A stretch of DNA of 64,000 nt from an uncultured Caulobacterales bacterium (lineage in GTDB: Bacteria; Pseudomonadota; Alphaproteobacteria; Caulobacterales; Parvularculaceae), in assembly GCA_964507915.1 (NCBI GenBank), contig CAZDRH010000009.1:64011-128010 (forward strand), read 5' to 3'. Under the pieces are notes generated by a model. It ran no database searches and was not told the DNA's origin. It saw nothing but the letters and a program-made list of their open reading frames with translations. The position numbers and the translations under genes are program-made. Position 1 is the stretch's first letter. Every line of letters starts with the position of its first letter. Positions 26,336 to 36,698 of this stretch are shown piece by piece.

Positions 26336-27958
26336 ATGAAATTCCAGGCATTGGTCTGCGGCGTCTTGTTGCTTTTCTCGGCTCCGGCTTTGTCTGCGCC
26401 GCCCGAAGGCGTCGATCCGCGCGCGGAAGGAGAGGGGCCCTTCGGCCGGCTCGTGATTCGCGGCGCGATCATGATCGACGGCGCCGGCGCCCCGCCGCAA
26501 GGTCCGGTAGACATTGTCGTCGAAGGCGGACGGATCGCGCAGATTGTCGCGGTCGGCGCACCCGGCCTGCCGATCGATCCGCAAAGGCGCCCCAAGCCTG
26601 GCGACCGAGAAATCGAAGCGTCCGGCAAATACCTGCTCCCGGGCTTCATCAATCTGCACGGCCATATTCATACGAAGGACACTGGCCAGGCCGTGCCGCC
26701 GGATTATGTGTTCAAGCTCTGGCTCGCGCATGGCATCACGACGGTCCGCGAACTCGGCAATGAGAAGGGCGCCGCCTGGACGAGCGCCGTCGCGCGGTCC
26801 TCTGCGGCGAACGAGATCACGGCGCCGAGGGTCTATCCCTATCCCGTCTTTCGCGGCTGGTCAGCCGGAGAGGTCGATACGCCCGAACAGGCGCGCGCGC
26901 GCATCCGCAAGCTGAAGGCTGAGGGCGCCAAGGGCGTCAAATTCTTCGGCGCGCCGGAAGAGATCTTGTGGGCCGGTCTCGACGAAGCCAAAAAGCTCGG
27001 CCTCAAGACCACCATGCACCATGCGCAGGTCGATGTCGCCCATGCCGATGTTCTCGACACGTCCGCCCGCGGACTTGCTTCGATGGAGCACTGGTACGGC
27101 CTGCCCGAAGCGCTCTTCGAAGACCGCGCGCTGCAGGCTTATCCGCCGGACTATGTCTACAATGATGAACAGGACCGTTTCGAGGAGGCGGGCAAGCTCT
27201 GGGCGCAGGCGGCTGAGCCAGGATCCGCGCGTTGGGACGAGGTTCGCGACACGCTGCTGGAGCGCCGCTTCGCCATTATCCCGACCTTTTCGATTTATGT
27301 CGCGAGCCGCGACTGGATGCGCTCGCGCCGCGCCGAATGGCACGACGCCTACACCATGCCCTCGCTCTGGAAATTCTTCGCGCCGGACCGCAACGCGCAC
27401 GGCTCCTACTGGTTCGATTGGGGCACGGAGCAAGAGGTTGCGTGGCGCGCGAACTACCGCAAATGGATGCGGTTCGTGAACGAATACAAAAACGCCGGCG
27501 GGCTCGTCGGCGCCGGCGAAGACGCGGGTTACATCTATTCGACTTATGGTTTCGGCTATGTGACCGAGCTTGAGATGTTGCGCGAGGCCGGATTCAGCCC
27601 GCTCGAAGTCGTCATGGCGGCGACTGGCAACGCCGCAAAGATTCTCGGCGCCGAGAAGGAGATCGGTACGATCCAGGTCGGCAAACGCGCCGATCTTGTG
27701 CTGGTCGCTGAAAACCCGCTCGCCAACCTCAAGGTTCTCTACGCGACGGGACACATCTTGCTCGACCCGGCGACCAATACGCCCGTGCGCACGAAGGGCA
27801 TCGAATTTGTTATCAAGGACGGCGTCGTCTATGACGCAACCGCCCTGAAGCGCGAAATCCGGGACATGGTCTCCGCGGAAAAGCGCGCGCTCGGCATTGC
27901 GGACGGGCCGATGCCCATTGTCGATTTCCAGTACAAAAACAAGGAAGACCGCCCATGA
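26336..27958 (+). CDS. secreted amidohydrolase family protein
   Basis: Trimmed to ATG 26336. Signal MKFQALVCGVLLLFSAPALSA. GFINLHGHIH metal-binding motif; C-terminal GTIQVGKRADLVLV typical of amidohydrolase_1/3. Confidence 0.8.
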   Translation: MKFQALVCGVLLLFSAPALSAPPEGVDPRAEGEGPFGRLVIRGAIMIDGAGAPPQGPVDIVVEGGRIAQIVAVGAPGLPIDPQRRPKPGDREIEASGKYLLPGFINLHGHIHTKDTGQAVPPDYVFKLWLAHGITTVRELGNEKGAAWTSAVARSSAANEITAPRVYPYPVFRGWSAGEVDTPEQARARIRKLKAEGAKGVKFFGAPEEILWAGLDEAKKLGLKTTMHHAQVDVAHADVLDTSARGLASMEHWYGLPEALFEDRALQAYPPDYVYNDEQDRFEEAGKLWAQAAEPGSARWDEVRDTLLERRFAIIPTFSIYVASRDWMRSRRAEWHDAYTMPSLWKFFAPDRNAHGSYWFDWGTEQEVAWRANYRKWMRFVNEYKNAGGLVGAGEDAGYIYSTYGFGYVTELEMLREAGFSPLEVVMAATGNAAKILGAEKEIGTIQVGKRADLVLVAENPLANLKVLYATGHILLDPATNTPVRTKGIEFVIKDGVVYDATALKREIRDMVSAEKRALGIADGPMPIVDFQYKNKEDRP

Positions 27959-29325
27959 AACGCCTGTTCGCCGCCGCGGCTGCGGCCGTTGCGCTTTCGA
28001 CCCCAGTTCGCGCTGAGGACCTCGCCGCAGCAGTCGCCGCAGACTATCCTTACGTCTTTGAGCTCTATCGGCATTTCCATCAGAACCCGGAGCTTTCGTT
28101 CCGCGAGATCGAGACCTCCAAGCGTCTTGCGGCGGAGCTGAAGGGCCTCGGCTTTACGGTGACGACCGGCGTCGGCGACGCCTGGGTGCAGAAAAAGGCC
28201 AAACTCGTCGCCGGCAAGGTCGACGCCGGCGTCGGCGGCTACGGCGTCGTCGCCGTGATGGAGAACGGCCCCGGGCCGGTTCTGATGATCCGGGCCGACA
28301 TGGACGCGCTGCCGCTCGAGGAAAAGACGGGGCTTCCCTACGCCAGCGTCGTCAAGAGCAAGGATTATCTCGGGCAAGAAGCGCCGGTCATGCATGCCTG
28401 CGCGCATGACAGCCATGTCGCCATGTTGATTGGCACGGCGCGGCGGCTTGCGGCGCTGAAAAGCCAGTGGAAGGGCACGCTCATCCTCGTCGGTCAGCCG
28501 GCGGAAGAAATCGGCCTTGGCGCGCGCGCCATGCTCGAGGACGGGCTTTACAAGCGCTGGCCAAAGCCGGACTTCGCGCTCGCCATGCACACCTCGGGCT
28601 GGGACCCGGCGGGCGCGGTCACCTACACGCCGGGCTATGCGCTCGCGAACGCCGACAGCGTTGACATCATGATAAAAGGCGTCGGCGCGCATGGCAGCGC
28701 CCCGCAGACCTCTAAAGACCCGATCGTGCTAGGGGCGGAGATCGTCAACGCGCTGCAGACGCTCGTCAGCCGCGAGAACAACCCGCTTGATCCGGCCGTC
28801 GTAACGGTCGGCTCGTTCCAGGCGGGCTACAAGCACAACATCATCCCGGATCAGGCGCATCTCAAGCTGACCGTCCGTTCGTACAAGGATGACGTGCGCC
28901 AACGCCTCCTCGACGGGATCAAGCGCATCGCCGAGGGGCAGGCCCAGTCCGCCGGCCTGCCGAAGGCGCTTTGGCCGGAAATCAAGATCGAGCCGGACTA
29001 CACGCCCTCGACCTACAATGACACGGCGCTGACGGCGCGCGTCATGCCGGCCGTCGCGGCGAGCCTCGGCAAGGAGCGTGTCTATGAGCGCCCGCCGAGC
29101 ATGGGCGGGGAGGATTTCAGCCAGTTCTGGCGCGCGGACCGTTCGATCCCGACGCTGATCTTCTGGGTCGGCAGCGTTGACCCCAAGGCGCATAAGGCTG
29201 GGATGGAAGGCAAGGCGCCGATGCCGTCTGCCAACCACTCGCCCTTCTACGCGCCGCAGCCCGAGCCGGCGCTGAAGACCGGCGTGCAGGCCATGACAGC
29301 TGCGGCGCTCGAACTTCTGCAATAG
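27955..29325 (+). CDS. M20D family amidohydrolase (aminoacylase/hippurate hydrolase-like), secreted
   Basis: Signal MKRLFAAAAAAVALSTPVRA, LYRHFHQNPELSFRE, RADMDALP, MHACAHD, GQPAEE. ATGA overlap with the upstream amidohydrolase gene. Confidence 0.85.
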   Translation: MKRLFAAAAAAVALSTPVRAEDLAAAVAADYPYVFELYRHFHQNPELSFREIETSKRLAAELKGLGFTVTTGVGDAWVQKKAKLVAGKVDAGVGGYGVVAVMENGPGPVLMIRADMDALPLEEKTGLPYASVVKSKDYLGQEAPVMHACAHDSHVAMLIGTARRLAALKSQWKGTLILVGQPAEEIGLGARAMLEDGLYKRWPKPDFALAMHTSGWDPAGAVTYTPGYALANADSVDIMIKGVGAHGSAPQTSKDPIVLGAEIVNALQTLVSRENNPLDPAVVTVGSFQAGYKHNIIPDQAHLKLTVRSYKDDVRQRLLDGIKRIAEGQAQSAGLPKALWPEIKIEPDYTPSTYNDTALTARVMPAVAASLGKERVYERPPSMGGEDFSQFWRADRSIPTLIFWVGSVDPKAHKAGMEGKAPMPSANHSPFYAPQPEPALKTGVQAMTAAALELLQ

Positions 29326-29343
29326 GCGCTCGAAAAACGAATA

Positions 29344-29368
29344 GCGCCGTGATCCAAAACCACGGCGC
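29344..29368 (-). terminator. intrinsic terminator for the minus-strand lipoprotein gene (possibly bidirectional)
   Basis: GCGCCGTG (29344-29351), 9-nt loop, CACGGCGC (29361-29368). On the minus strand it is followed by TATTCGTTTTTC. Confidence 0.45.
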
Positions 29369-29424
29369 CTTGCTCGCCAAAGGGTGCAATTCGTCTGATT
29401 GCCGCGGTCCAGGGCCGCAGCGAC

Positions 29425-29748
29425 TTACTTCTTCTTGCTCGCCCGCACGGGCGTCGGCGTCGCATAGGCGGCCGCTGTTGGATCAAGACCGGCCGGCGTG
29501 ACGTCCGGATAAACCACATGCGCGTCGCTACGCCGCCAGCAGTCCTGTGCGTTGACGCTCGCCTTCTTGCACCGGATGAGGCCGGTCGGTCCGGCGGAGG
29601 CCGCATAGCGGCCGGACATTTCAAAGCTGGATGTCTGCGCAAGCGGCGCTGACTCTCCGCGGTCAGACCTGCCGCCGAAAATCGCACAGCCCTGCAAGGC
29701 GACAGCGCAAAGCCCGCCGATGGCCAATTTGATCATGATGGATGTCAT
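29425..29748 (-). CDS. small putative lipoprotein (107 aa)
   Basis: MTSIMIKLAIGGLCAVALQGC lipobox-like signal. No family recognised. Confidence 0.5.
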   Translation of the reverse strand: MTSIMIKLAIGGLCAVALQGCAIFGGRSDRGESAPLAQTSSFEMSGRYAASAGPTGLIRCKKASVNAQDCWRRSDAHVVYPDVTPAGLDPTAAAYATPTPVRASKKK

Positions 29749-29930
29749 TGTGAGCGCCCCGTTCTCATTCGCCGGTTACATCGGAAAGACAGCGCCGCTT
29801 CTGGCGCGCCGAACGCAACTGACGCAACGCCGGTCTGCTGCGCCGAGGCGAGCGGCCGGAAAACGCGACTGACCGGAAGAGTGCCGGGGTCCGAACGGGC
29901 GGTCAATCGCAAGCCTGTGACAACGCCGTC

Positions 29931-30248
29931 CTATTTTTTCTCAAGAAGAAGCTTGCCCTCTTTCTCTACGCGGCCGGCGATCGCTTCGGCTATTCCGGCA
30001 AGGATGCCGGGCAACATGGCCTCGATACGCACATGCTGAGGGAAGATGTCTACATGGCCCAAAATGGATTGGCCTAAGCCTTTGGCTGTAAAGGCCAAAC
30101 GGTCGGCCGAGGTCCATTCCTGCGTGAACGACATCAGCATTCCGCCGCCAAGCGCGCCTTTGATTTTGTCAAAGCCCTCAATCAGACGCCGGCGCGCTTC
30201 GTCCTTGCCGACATCATGCTGCAGGGTGATGGTCACGAGGCGAGCCAT
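29931..30248 (-). CDS. polyhydroxyalkanoic acid system family protein (105 aa)
   Basis: Trimmed to ATG 30248 after GGAG. MARLVTITLQHDVGKDEARRRLIEGFDKI matches my recollection of the TIGR02610-type small protein. Confidence 0.6.
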   Translation of the reverse strand: MARLVTITLQHDVGKDEARRRLIEGFDKIKGALGGGMLMSFTQEWTSADRLAFTAKGLGQSILGHVDIFPQHVRIEAMLPGILAGIAEAIAGRVEKEGKLLLEKK

Positions 30249-30426
30249 ACGGATCTCCACGCCGCCCATGCGGCAGACGCCTTGCAAATGGCGACCCCGG
30301 CCGCTCGCAACAACCCCTCGGCGCCGCGCGGTTTTGGCGCGGCGCACGAAAACGGGGAGGGCAGTCGCGGCAGGGCCAAGTCCCGTGCTAGGGTCGACTG
30401 GGGCAGACTTCAAAGGGGCGGGCGGC

Positions 30427-31248
30427 ATGCGGATCATCATTATCCTCATCAGTGTACTTGCGTTCGTGATGGCGGGCGTCATCGCGTTATCGGGGCCGGG
30501 CGTGCAGCTCGGCTGGTGGGACTACGGATACGGCCTCGGGCTTGTCCGCAAAGTGGCGACGCCGCTGATCGGCGCCGGCGGAGCGTCGCTCGCGACCGCG
30601 CCCTTATTTGCGGCGACGATTCTGGCACTGCTTGCGTTTCTGCTTGCGATTTTTCGTGCGCGCGGCCTTGCACTATTTGCGGGCCTCGCCTTCGCCGCGG
30701 GCGCCGGGGCGAGTTTCGTGCCGATCAAGATGAAGTCCCTCGCCGACAGCAATCCGCTGATCCACGATATCACAACCGATTTCGAGAATCCGCCGGCGAT
30801 CCTGGCAGGCGCCGATGCTCCGCGCAAAAATCCGGCCGCTTACGCCGGCGCCGAGCCTGCGCCGCTCCATAGAGGCGAGACGGGGCCGCAACAGACGACG
30901 GCTGAGGCCCAGCGCGCGGCCTTCCCAGACATTCAGCCGCTGCTCCTCGATGTAGACAGAGAACGCGCCGTCGGCGCGGCGCGCGTCGCGGTCAAGAAAA
31001 TGGGCCTTGCGACGCTGTCCGAAGGCGCGGAAGACTCAGGGGCCTATGTCATCGAAACGGTCGCGACCTCGCGGTGGTACGGCTTCAAGGACGACTTCAT
31101 CGTCCGGATCGCGCCGCGCGATGAAGGCGGCGTGCGCGTTGATGCGCGGTCGAAATCGCGCGTCGGCGTGTCGGATCTCGGCGCGAATGCCGTCCGCATC
31201 CGGAAGTTTCTAGCTTTAGTGAAGACCGAGGCTGCGGCCCCGCATTGA
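30427..31248 (+). CDS. DUF1499 domain-containing membrane protein
   Basis: Trimmed to ATG 30427. N-terminal TM helices. C-terminal TSRWYGFKDDFIVRI..RSKSRVGVSDLGANAVRIRKF is typical of DUF1499. Confidence 0.7.
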   Translation: MRIIIILISVLAFVMAGVIALSGPGVQLGWWDYGYGLGLVRKVATPLIGAGGASLATAPLFAATILALLAFLLAIFRARGLALFAGLAFAAGAGASFVPIKMKSLADSNPLIHDITTDFENPPAILAGADAPRKNPAAYAGAEPAPLHRGETGPQQTTAEAQRAAFPDIQPLLLDVDRERAVGAARVAVKKMGLATLSEGAEDSGAYVIETVATSRWYGFKDDFIVRIAPRDEGGVRVDARSKSRVGVSDLGANAVRIRKFLALVKTEAAAPH

Positions 31249-31273
31249 GGCGCGACGCAGCCGAACGGCTGTA

Positions 31274-33127
31274 TCAAGAGGCGAGGCGCCGCCCGCCGCG
31301 CACGCGCGACTGGTCCTCGTCGAAGAGCTCGGCGAGTTTTTCAACCATCGCGCCGCCCAATTGCTCGACGTCGACGATCGTCAGCGCGCGGCGGTAATAG
31401 CGCGTGACGTCATGGCCGATGCCGATGGCGAGAAGCTCGACCGGCGAGCGCTGTTCGATGCGCGCGATCACATCGCGCAGATGCCGTTCGAGATAGGCGC
31501 CGCCATTGGCCGAAGAGGTCGTGTCATCGACCGGCGCCCCGTCCGAGATCACCATCAGAATGCGCCGCGCTTCGGGCCGGCCCATCAGGCGGTCATGGGC
31601 CCAAAGCAGCGCCTCGCCGTCGATATTCTCCTTGAGGAGACCTTCTTTCATCATCAGTCCGAGCGAGGTGCGCGCGCGGCGCCAGGGCTGGTCTGCGCCC
31701 TTGTAGATAATGTGGCGAAGATCGTTGAGGCGGCCGGGTTTGGACGGCCGCCCGTCCGCGACCCATTTCTCGCGCGCGTCGCCGCCCTTCCACGCTTTTG
31801 TCGTGAAGCCGAGAATCTCGACCTTGACGGCGCAGCGTTCTAGCGTGCGGGCGAGAATGTCGCCGCAAATCGCCGCGATCGTGATCGGCCGGCCGCGCAT
31901 CGACCCTGAATTGTCGATCAGGAGCGTGACGACCGTATCGCGAAACTCCTGTTCGCGTTCATGCTTGAAGGAGAGCGGCTGCATAGGGTCGACGACGACG
32001 CGGGCGAGCCGCGCAGCGTCGAGAACCCCTTCGTCGAGGTCAAATTCCCAGCGCCGGTTCTGCTGGGCGAGCAGCTTCCTCTGCAGCTTGTTGGCAAGGC
32101 GCGAGACAATCGAGTGGAAATTCTCCAGCTGACGGTCGAGCGTGCGGCGCAGGCGCGCGAGCTCCTCTGGGTCGCACAGGTCTGCAGCGTCCGCGATCTC
32201 GTCGAATTGCTTCGTATACGCTTTATAAACTTCGCCGGAATCGCCTTCTAACCGCGCGCGGAGATTGGCGACTTTCGCGTTCTCGGCCTGACCCTCGGAA
32301 TCGTCCTCAGCGCCCTCGACGTCCTGATCGCTGAAGTCGGTCTCGCCTTCGGCGCTGTCGTCTTCGCCCTGCGCCTTGTCCTCGGGCTCGTCTGCCACGC
32401 CGTCATCCTCGTTCTCGGAGGACGTTTTGTCGTTGTCCTCGTTTTCGCTCTCACCGTCCTGCTTGTTGTCGCCTGGCTCATTGCCGGAGTCGTCGTCGTC
32501 GAGATCAAGGTCGCGCAGGACCGGCCGGACGAGTTTTGCAAAGGCCGCCTGATCGTCGAGGTCGGGCGCGGCGGCGAGCGCATCGAGAGAAGCCCCGGCG
32601 CGCGCTTCCATCTCGTTGCGCCATTGAGCGAGCACGGGGTCGGCCGATCTCGGCGAGGCGCGGCCGGTCAGGCGTTCGCGCAAGAGGAGGCCGAGGATGT
32701 CGGGGAGCGGCGCGGCTTCGCCGGCGGCGCGCCGGTCGAGGCCCTTTTCTACCAACGCCTTGTCGAGCGCAGCGTGCAGATTGTCGCCGACGCCGCGCAG
32801 GCCCCGCGCGCCGATCGCCTCACAGCGCACGGTCTCAAGCGCGGCGAAGACGGCCATCGCCTCTGCGCCCTTGGGCGCAAGCTTTGCGTGTTTGGCGTCG
32901 TCGTGATGGGCAAGGCGCAGTGCGGCGCCGTCGGCCTCGCCGCGTGCGACAGCGGCGGCCTCTGGGTCGAGGACGCGCGCCGGCAACGGAATCCGCGCCT
33001 TGCGACCCTGCACCAGCGCGTGATCGCCGCCGAAACTCACCTCGACATCCTGCTGCGCAGAGAGGGCGCGCGTCGTTTGCACGAGCGCTCGCTTGAAGTC
33101 TTCCCGTGCTTTTTCCCTGGGCGTCAT
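31274..33127 (-). CDS. cobT: cobaltochelatase subunit CobT (aerobic pathway)
   Basis: Trimmed to ATG 33127. N-terminal [13 protein letters not shown], long acidic D/E linker, C-terminal vWA domain ([29 protein letters not shown]); 617 aa. Confidence 0.88.
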   Translation of the reverse strand: MTPREKAREDFKRALVQTTRALSAQQDVEVSFGGDHALVQGRKARIPLPARVLDPEAAAVARGEADGAALRLAHHDDAKHAKLAPKGAEAMAVFAALETVRCEAIGARGLRGVGDNLHAALDKALVEKGLDRRAAGEAAPLPDILGLLLRERLTGRASPRSADPVLAQWRNEMEARAGASLDALAAAPDLDDQAAFAKLVRPVLRDLDLDDDDSGNEPGDNKQDGESENEDNDKTSSENEDDGVADEPEDKAQGEDDSAEGETDFSDQDVEGAEDDSEGQAENAKVANLRARLEGDSGEVYKAYTKQFDEIADAADLCDPEELARLRRTLDRQLENFHSIVSRLANKLQRKLLAQQNRRWEFDLDEGVLDAARLARVVVDPMQPLSFKHEREQEFRDTVVTLLIDNSGSMRGRPITIAAICGDILARTLERCAVKVEILGFTTKAWKGGDAREKWVADGRPSKPGRLNDLRHIIYKGADQPWRRARTSLGLMMKEGLLKENIDGEALLWAHDRLMGRPEARRILMVISDGAPVDDTTSSANGGAYLERHLRDVIARIEQRSPVELLAIGIGHDVTRYYRRALTIVDVEQLGGAMVEKLAELFDEDQSRVRGGRRLAS

Positions 33128-33155
33128 GCTGCGAAGAGGCCGGCTGAAGCCTCGG

Positions 33156-33815
33156 TTATGCCGGCATCTTCGCCTCGGCTTCAAGGCGCGTCAGCAGGGG
33201 CTCAATGCCGTTCTGCTTCACGAAGGAGGCGAATTCTTCGCGTTTGACGAGCATGATCGAGACGCCCTGCACGATGATGTCGACCATGCGGAGCTTGCCG
33301 TCTTTCAGCTTCTTCACGCGCCAGTCGACGAGGATCGGCCGGCCGGCCATCCGCGTGAACTGCGTGCGCACGACGACGTCGCCAGACTTAAGCGCTTTGG
33401 CCTCCTTCACTTCCAAGGGGCGGCCGACGATTTCGTCGAACTGCTCGGCATATTGCTTGGTGATGTATGGTGAGAAGGCCGCGTCATAGCGGGCGATCTG
33501 GGCGGGCGTCATGGATTTGCGCGCATCGCCGATCACGAATTTGCCGATAACGTCGAGCGCAAGGCCGTTCGACAAGACTCCGCGGAATTTCTCGAGTTGT
33601 TTGGCGCGTGTCAACGACTTGTCCGTCAGGGCTGCGGTCGCCTGCGCGGTCATGTCTTTGGCGAACTGCGTCGCCTCAGCGGTGGTCAGCGTAGCCGGCT
33701 TGGCGGCTGCAGCGGCGGGTTTGGCCGTTGCAGTTTGAGCGGCGGCAGGACCGCCAGCCGCAAGAGCCATGAGCGCGGCCAAAGCAAGTCTACGGAACGA
33801 TGACAACGAAAGCAC
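33156..33815 (-). CDS. MlaC/Ttg2D-family periplasmic lipid-binding protein (HpnM-like)
   Basis: Signal peptide, then [52 protein letters not shown] of the toluene-tolerance Ttg2D family. Adjacent to the HpnN-like transporter. Confidence 0.65.
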   Translation of the reverse strand: MLSLSSFRRLALAALMALAAGGPAAAQTATAKPAAAAAKPATLTTAEATQFAKDMTAQATAALTDKSLTRAKQLEKFRGVLSNGLALDVIGKFVIGDARKSMTPAQIARYDAAFSPYITKQYAEQFDEIVGRPLEVKEAKALKSGDVVVRTQFTRMAGRPILVDWRVKKLKDGKLRMVDIIVQGVSIMLVKREEFASFVKQNGIEPLLTRLEAEAKMPA

Positions 33816-33902
33816 AGCGACAACCCTCCTTCATAGGCGTCAGGCGAGCGTTTCTAGCCAGGGATTGCGGCCACATTCCAGCGTATTTTTGGCAGGGCGC
33901 CT

Positions 33903-36500
33903 TCAATTGCGCCGCGCTGGCGGCCGCAAAAAGCGCTCCGCCCATCGGAATATGGCCGGCAAGGTGAACAGCGTGCAGATCAGCGAGAAGCCGAGCGCGA
34001 TGGTCAGGAGCTGGCCCATGCTCGCCGTGCCGCGGTGGTCGGACAGCATCAGCGATCCGAAGGACGCGATCGTCGTCAGCGCGGCGTAGATGACGCCTTT
34101 CGACGTGGCGCTGTCATGCACGACGTCGTCCTTCTTGTATTGTTGTTGGCGCAAAACGAGATGGATGCCGCTGTCGATCCCCATGCCAAGCAGCAAGGGC
34201 AAGACGATGACATTGGCATAGTTGAACGGAATGTTGAGCAGGACGCCCGTGGCAATTGTCAGCACGGAAGCGAGCGCGAGCGGCAGCATCATCAGTAGAA
34301 TGAGGACCGGACGACGGACGATGACGATCAGAAGAACCGTAATGATCGCGAGCGCCGTTCCTGTCGCCTGCAGCATGGATTGCGAGATGATCTCTCCAGC
34401 GCGCTGGCTCTGAGCGGCGCCGCCGGTAACATTCGGAAACTTTGCAGACACTTCATCGACGAAGCGCTTCAACGCGGCGCGATCGCGCACATCGTCTTTC
34501 GGCAGAATATCGACGCGAAAGTGTCCGTCGGTGGATTTGTAGCGTTCGACCAGCGCAAGCGGCAGGCTCGAGGGGTCGACCGCCTCTGCGCCGACCTGGT
34601 CGGTGACGCGCTCGAGCATGCGCGGCCAGAACCGGAAGAGATTATCTTGAAGCCGGGCATTTCCCGCGGCGCTGTTGCTCTCGCGCAGCGCTTTCAAAGC
34701 GGCGCCGAGGCGTGCCGGCGCGCCGTCCTGGTAAGCGGACAAAAGGCGGTCCTCCAGCGCGCGCGCGCCAGGCCCAAGGGGCGGCGCGATGGCGTCGGGC
34801 TCTGCTTCCAGCGCGAAGGCGAGGGTCGCATTGGCGTATTCGACGATCTGGAGCTTTTCGTCCTGGTTCTGCGGAACGAAGTCGGCAATCGTGCGCGCGC
34901 CTTGGACTGTCGGCAAGGCTTTGGCCGCCTCTGCGGCGGCGATGGCCTCGTCTTCACTGCCGAAGATCAGGCTCAAGCGGTACGGGATCGTCTCCTTGTT
35001 CGAAAACAGCATATTGAAGCCGCGCACGGACTGGCTGTCCGGATCACGCAGCGACATCGGGTCCGCGTCGAAATAGGCTTTGGGTACGACAAAGAGCGCC
35101 GCTGCGCCGGCGACAAAGGTCGCAAGGGCGACCGGCGTCATGAGGGAATTGATCATACCGCCGCTGCGGCGCGCATTGCTGGTCGCATGTCGCCGCGCTT
35201 TTGGCGGAAAGGCGCCCATCGCCGCCGCGCTAAACGTGACGCAGACAAAGAGCGCAATCAGGATTCCGAAGCCTGCGATCTCGCCGAGCTGCGCGATGCC
35301 GACAAAGGGCGTCCACTGGAACGAAATGAAGCCGAGTGTCGTCGTCAACGCTGCGAGAAAGAGACCAACGCCCGTATCGCGCGCCGCGCCGGTGATGGCG
35401 GCCTTATGCGGTTGGCCTTCATCCAGACGTTCTTGATAATGCAGAAGATAGTGGATCGCGAAATCGACGCCGAGGCCTGTCAGTAGCACCGTGAAGGCGA
35501 TCGAGATAAGGTTGAGCTGGCCGACCGCGAAAGCGGCGAAAGCCGCGGTCCAGGCGATGGTGATGACGACAGCTGTCAGCGTCGCGGCCGCCATCCACAG
35601 ATTGCGGAAGCAGATCAACAACAAGAGCCCGACTGCGGCGAGCGACACCGCGAAGGAAAGCCCAATCCCTTGGGTCACGGACGCGAGTTCGTCGGCGCGC
35701 AGAGCGGGGTCGCCGGTAATGAACGTCTCGATCCGGTTCGCGCCGACAGATGCTTTCAGCGCATCGATGTCGGCGCGGATCGCCGAGATTGCAGGCTTGG
35801 CCGGCTGCAGCCGCATGAAGTCGAGCTTCGGCGTCGCATAGATGAGGCGCGAATAGCCCCCGGCAGGCGGCGGATCCGTTTCGAGCGCGCCAAGCCAGGA
35901 AAAGCTTCGCGCCTCGTTCTTGGCGCTCGCCTCGACGACATCGGCAAGCTCCGCATAGATCTTGCCGAGCGTCTCCTTGCCGAGGTCGGACTTCTCAGCA
36001 AGCTTGTCATTGTCCGCCAGCGTCGCAAGAAGCGTGTCCGCATAGGGGCTCTTGATCAGCGTCTCGATAAGTCCTGACGCTTTCGACAACTGGGTGAGCC
36101 GTGTTTCGACCTCGCTCGTTTCGAGATAGAGAATGCCGTTCTTGCGAAAAAATGGATCTTCCGCGGGGGCAAAGACAGCGCTGACCGTCTGCGGCGAAGC
36201 GGCGAGCTTCTCGTATAGCGCGCCCGCGAAAGCGTCAGCCTCGTCCATGGTTGGGGCTCTGACGATGATGACGAGATCGTTCTTGATCTGCGGGAATACG
36301 CGACGGAGCTCAGCAGCGTTTTTCTGGAAGGGCAGGTTGGGGTCGAGCATTTCGCTCGTGTCGGTGTTCACCTTGAGGTTTCCGGCGGCGTACCAGCCGG
36401 CAAGGCCCGTCAGCGCGAGCATCAGAAGAACGAGCCAAAGCCCCGCACGGCGAGCAAAATCCGTCCAGGTGATGAAAAGCCAGGTGATCAGTCGAAACAT
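33903..36500 (-). CDS. hpnN: MMPL/RND superfamily transporter, HpnN-like (hopanoid transport)
   Basis: 865 aa with two 6-TM bundles, each following a large periplasmic domain (RND/MMPL layout). Pairing with an MlaC-like gene is as in hpnN/hpnM loci. The function is inferred from family and context. Confidence 0.6.
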   Translation of the reverse strand: MFRLITWLFITWTDFARRAGLWLVLLMLALTGLAGWYAAGNLKVNTDTSEMLDPNLPFQKNAAELRRVFPQIKNDLVIIVRAPTMDEADAFAGALYEKLAASPQTVSAVFAPAEDPFFRKNGILYLETSEVETRLTQLSKASGLIETLIKSPYADTLLATLADNDKLAEKSDLGKETLGKIYAELADVVEASAKNEARSFSWLGALETDPPPAGGYSRLIYATPKLDFMRLQPAKPAISAIRADIDALKASVGANRIETFITGDPALRADELASVTQGIGLSFAVSLAAVGLLLLICFRNLWMAAATLTAVVITIAWTAAFAAFAVGQLNLISIAFTVLLTGLGVDFAIHYLLHYQERLDEGQPHKAAITGAARDTGVGLFLAALTTTLGFISFQWTPFVGIAQLGEIAGFGILIALFVCVTFSAAAMGAFPPKARRHATSNARRSGGMINSLMTPVALATFVAGAAALFVVPKAYFDADPMSLRDPDSQSVRGFNMLFSNKETIPYRLSLIFGSEDEAIAAAEAAKALPTVQGARTIADFVPQNQDEKLQIVEYANATLAFALEAEPDAIAPPLGPGARALEDRLLSAYQDGAPARLGAALKALRESNSAAGNARLQDNLFRFWPRMLERVTDQVGAEAVDPSSLPLALVERYKSTDGHFRVDILPKDDVRDRAALKRFVDEVSAKFPNVTGGAAQSQRAGEIISQSMLQATGTALAIITVLLIVIVRRPVLILLMMLPLALASVLTIATGVLLNIPFNYANVIVLPLLLGMGIDSGIHLVLRQQQYKKDDVVHDSATSKGVIYAALTTIASFGSLMLSDHRGTASMGQLLTIALGFSLICTLFTLPAIFRWAERFLRPPARRN

Positions 36501-36698
36501 GAGGGGGCTTGTTGTGGCGGTTCAGCGTGACCGGCGCTCTCGCGGCGCCTTCGGGTCCGATTCTTACGGGGTTTGAAGGAGGCCGACAACCGCAAGCGGG
36601 CCGGTTAACCATCGAAAATGATCACCAGCGCTAGTGTCTCGCGCCGCACGCCGGCCCAAGCCTTGCCGGGCGCCGACGCCAAGGCTAGTCGTCTCCCC

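Noticed and set aside
32250-32580. Asp/Glu-rich low-complexity stretch flagged as a possible tandem repeat or insertion.
   Set aside because: An acidic linker between the N-terminal and vWA domains is a normal feature of CobT. The comparable acidic stretch in rpoD (59515-59580) is also normal.
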